Source of the DNA: Bacteriovoracaceae bacterium
GTDB taxonomy: Bacteria; Bdellovibrionota; Bacteriovoracia; Bacteriovoracales; Bacteriovoracaceae
Length of the DNA stretch: 26,344 nucleotides
Assembly: GCA_018649885.1 (NCBI GenBank)
Contig: JABIHA010000075.1
Coordinates: 62,001-88,344, forward strand
Reading direction: 5' to 3'
Shown in pieces: positions 25,507 through 26,344 of the stretch. The notes below the pieces were generated by a model. The model did no database searches and was not told the origin of the DNA. It saw only the letters and a program-made list of their open reading frames with translations. The translations under genes and the position numbers were made by a program. The stretch's first letter is position 1, and every line of letters starts with the position of its first letter.

Positions 25507-26199
25507 ATGGAAGATTTTTTTTCAAAAATCCTTGAGATTACCCCTAGCAGTTACTCATTTTCCCTGGCCGATATTGTATTTGTTATATTTCTTTCTTTTA
25601 TCCTTAGCATGATCATCGCAAAGACATATACCCTTACTCACTCTGGAATTTCTTACTCAAGAACATTTACCATTAATCTCGTCATACTCAGCCTCGTTGT
25701 TTCTTGTGTAATGCTAATTGTAGGATCAAATATTGCGAGGGCCTTTACACTCGTTGGAGCGCTTTCAATTGTAAGATTTAGAAATGCTATTAAAGACACT
25801 ATTGATATTGGATTTATCTTTTTTTCCATGGCCGTGGGCATGGCCTGTGGAACTAGGTTTTATTTAATGGGTGTTACAATGACTCTTTGTATTTCCACCA
25901 TCATTTTTATTTTAAATAAGACAAATTTTGGAGAAAGAAATGTATCTCAATCTCTTTTAAAAATTATGACAAATGAAAAAGATGGAGCTGACACGATTAT
26001 TTCTCCCCTTATAAAGAAAGTGGCTTTCGAGCATTCACTTATTAGTATCAATGGAGTGGGCGGAGACAATATTGAATTAAATTACGCTGTAACATTTCAC
26101 CATAAAAATAAGGAACAGCTACTTGTAAGTACCCTTAGAGATGTTCCAATAGTAAAAGATGTGCAAATTTATCTTGGAGATGCACTTTCTGAAATTTAA
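25507..26199 (+). CDS. DUF4956-like membrane protein (TM domain plus C-terminal ACT-like domain)
   Basis: YSRTF...L, IVGSNIARAFTLVGALSIVRFRNAIKD..DIGFIF.SMAVGMACG is the characteristic DUF4956 pattern. Confidence 0.85.
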   Translation: MEDFFSKILEITPSSYSFSLADIVFVIFLSFILSMIIAKTYTLTHSGISYSRTFTINLVILSLVVSCVMLIVGSNIARAFTLVGALSIVRFRNAIKDTIDIGFIFFSMAVGMACGTRFYLMGVTMTLCISTIIFILNKTNFGERNVSQSLLKIMTNEKDGADTIISPLIKKVAFEHSLISINGVGGDNIELNYAVTFHHKNKEQLLVSTLRDVPIVKDVQIYLGDALSEI

Positions 26200-26344
26200 C
26201 AAATTTTTCTATCCATTTTTAGTAGCGTCTACAACCGTCTTAATCGGGATTGGTATTTGGCAAAAATTTTTTACAACCGATGCCTTACCAGTGATTAAAA
26301 ATCGTAGCAGTATTAAGCTTTCAGAAGTAGCTCTCCCCCCCCCC
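26180..26344 (+). CDS. Partial ORF with N-terminal membrane anchor or signal, runs off the window
   Basis: Translated by hand from ATG 26180, which overlaps the end of DUF4956: MHFLKFNKFFYPFLVASTTVLIGIGIWQKFFTTDALPVIKNRSSIKLSEVALPPP, open to the edge. Confidence 0.55.
   Translation, partial: MHFLKFNKFFYPFLVASTTVLIGIGIWQKFFTTDALPVIKNRSSIKLSEVALPPP

Noticed and set aside
3096..25841. The short (61-111 aa) track ORFs, e.g. 3954..4289, 9503..9766, 15854..16078, 21160..21420, 24979..25221
   Set aside because: All lie within or antisense to well-supported longer genes and show no recognisable motifs; they are treated as shadow ORFs. None is a convincing radical SAM precursor peptide.
1..26344. 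CRISPR arrays, tRNA/rRNA, transposases, prophage or defence genes
   Set aside because: No spaced repeats, RNA-gene signatures or such protein motifs were seen. Nearly all the sequence is accounted for by glycan-related CDSs.

Overview
An AT-rich bacterial cell-surface glycan (O-antigen/LPS/EPS-type) biosynthesis locus, mostly on the minus strand with three plus-strand segments. It has 20 complete and 2 edge-truncated CDSs. I saw no RNA genes, CRISPR arrays or mobile elements. Modules: (1) 1-4525, a C-methyltransferase, cupin, Lys-type DegT aminotransferase, TylM1-like methyltransferase and GT4, suggesting a branched, N-methylated amino sugar; (2) 4603-6714, a WbuB-like GT4 and RmlD-like reductase; (3) 6837-12726, assembly genes: WaaL-like ligase, GT2, PglK/MsbA-type ABC exporter coupled to a Wzy-like polymerase, and a small 2-TM Wzz-topology protein; (4) a 903-aa three-domain glycosyltransferase and a radical SAM/SPASM enzyme; (5) 17012-22062, the most unusual part, a tight operon of a His-type (ColD-like) PLP enzyme fused to a degenerate GT2 domain, an Fcl/ColC-type reductase, a polyprenyl-phosphate-type GT2 and a GT-C-like membrane protein, which is a candidate lipid-carrier pathway for adding a 3,6-dideoxyhexose (colitose-like) outside the cytoplasm; (6) 23036-end, a CotH-kinase/beta-helix protein, a DUF4956-like protein and a truncated membrane-anchored ORF. 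All assignments come from motif recognition by eye; no database searches were run.
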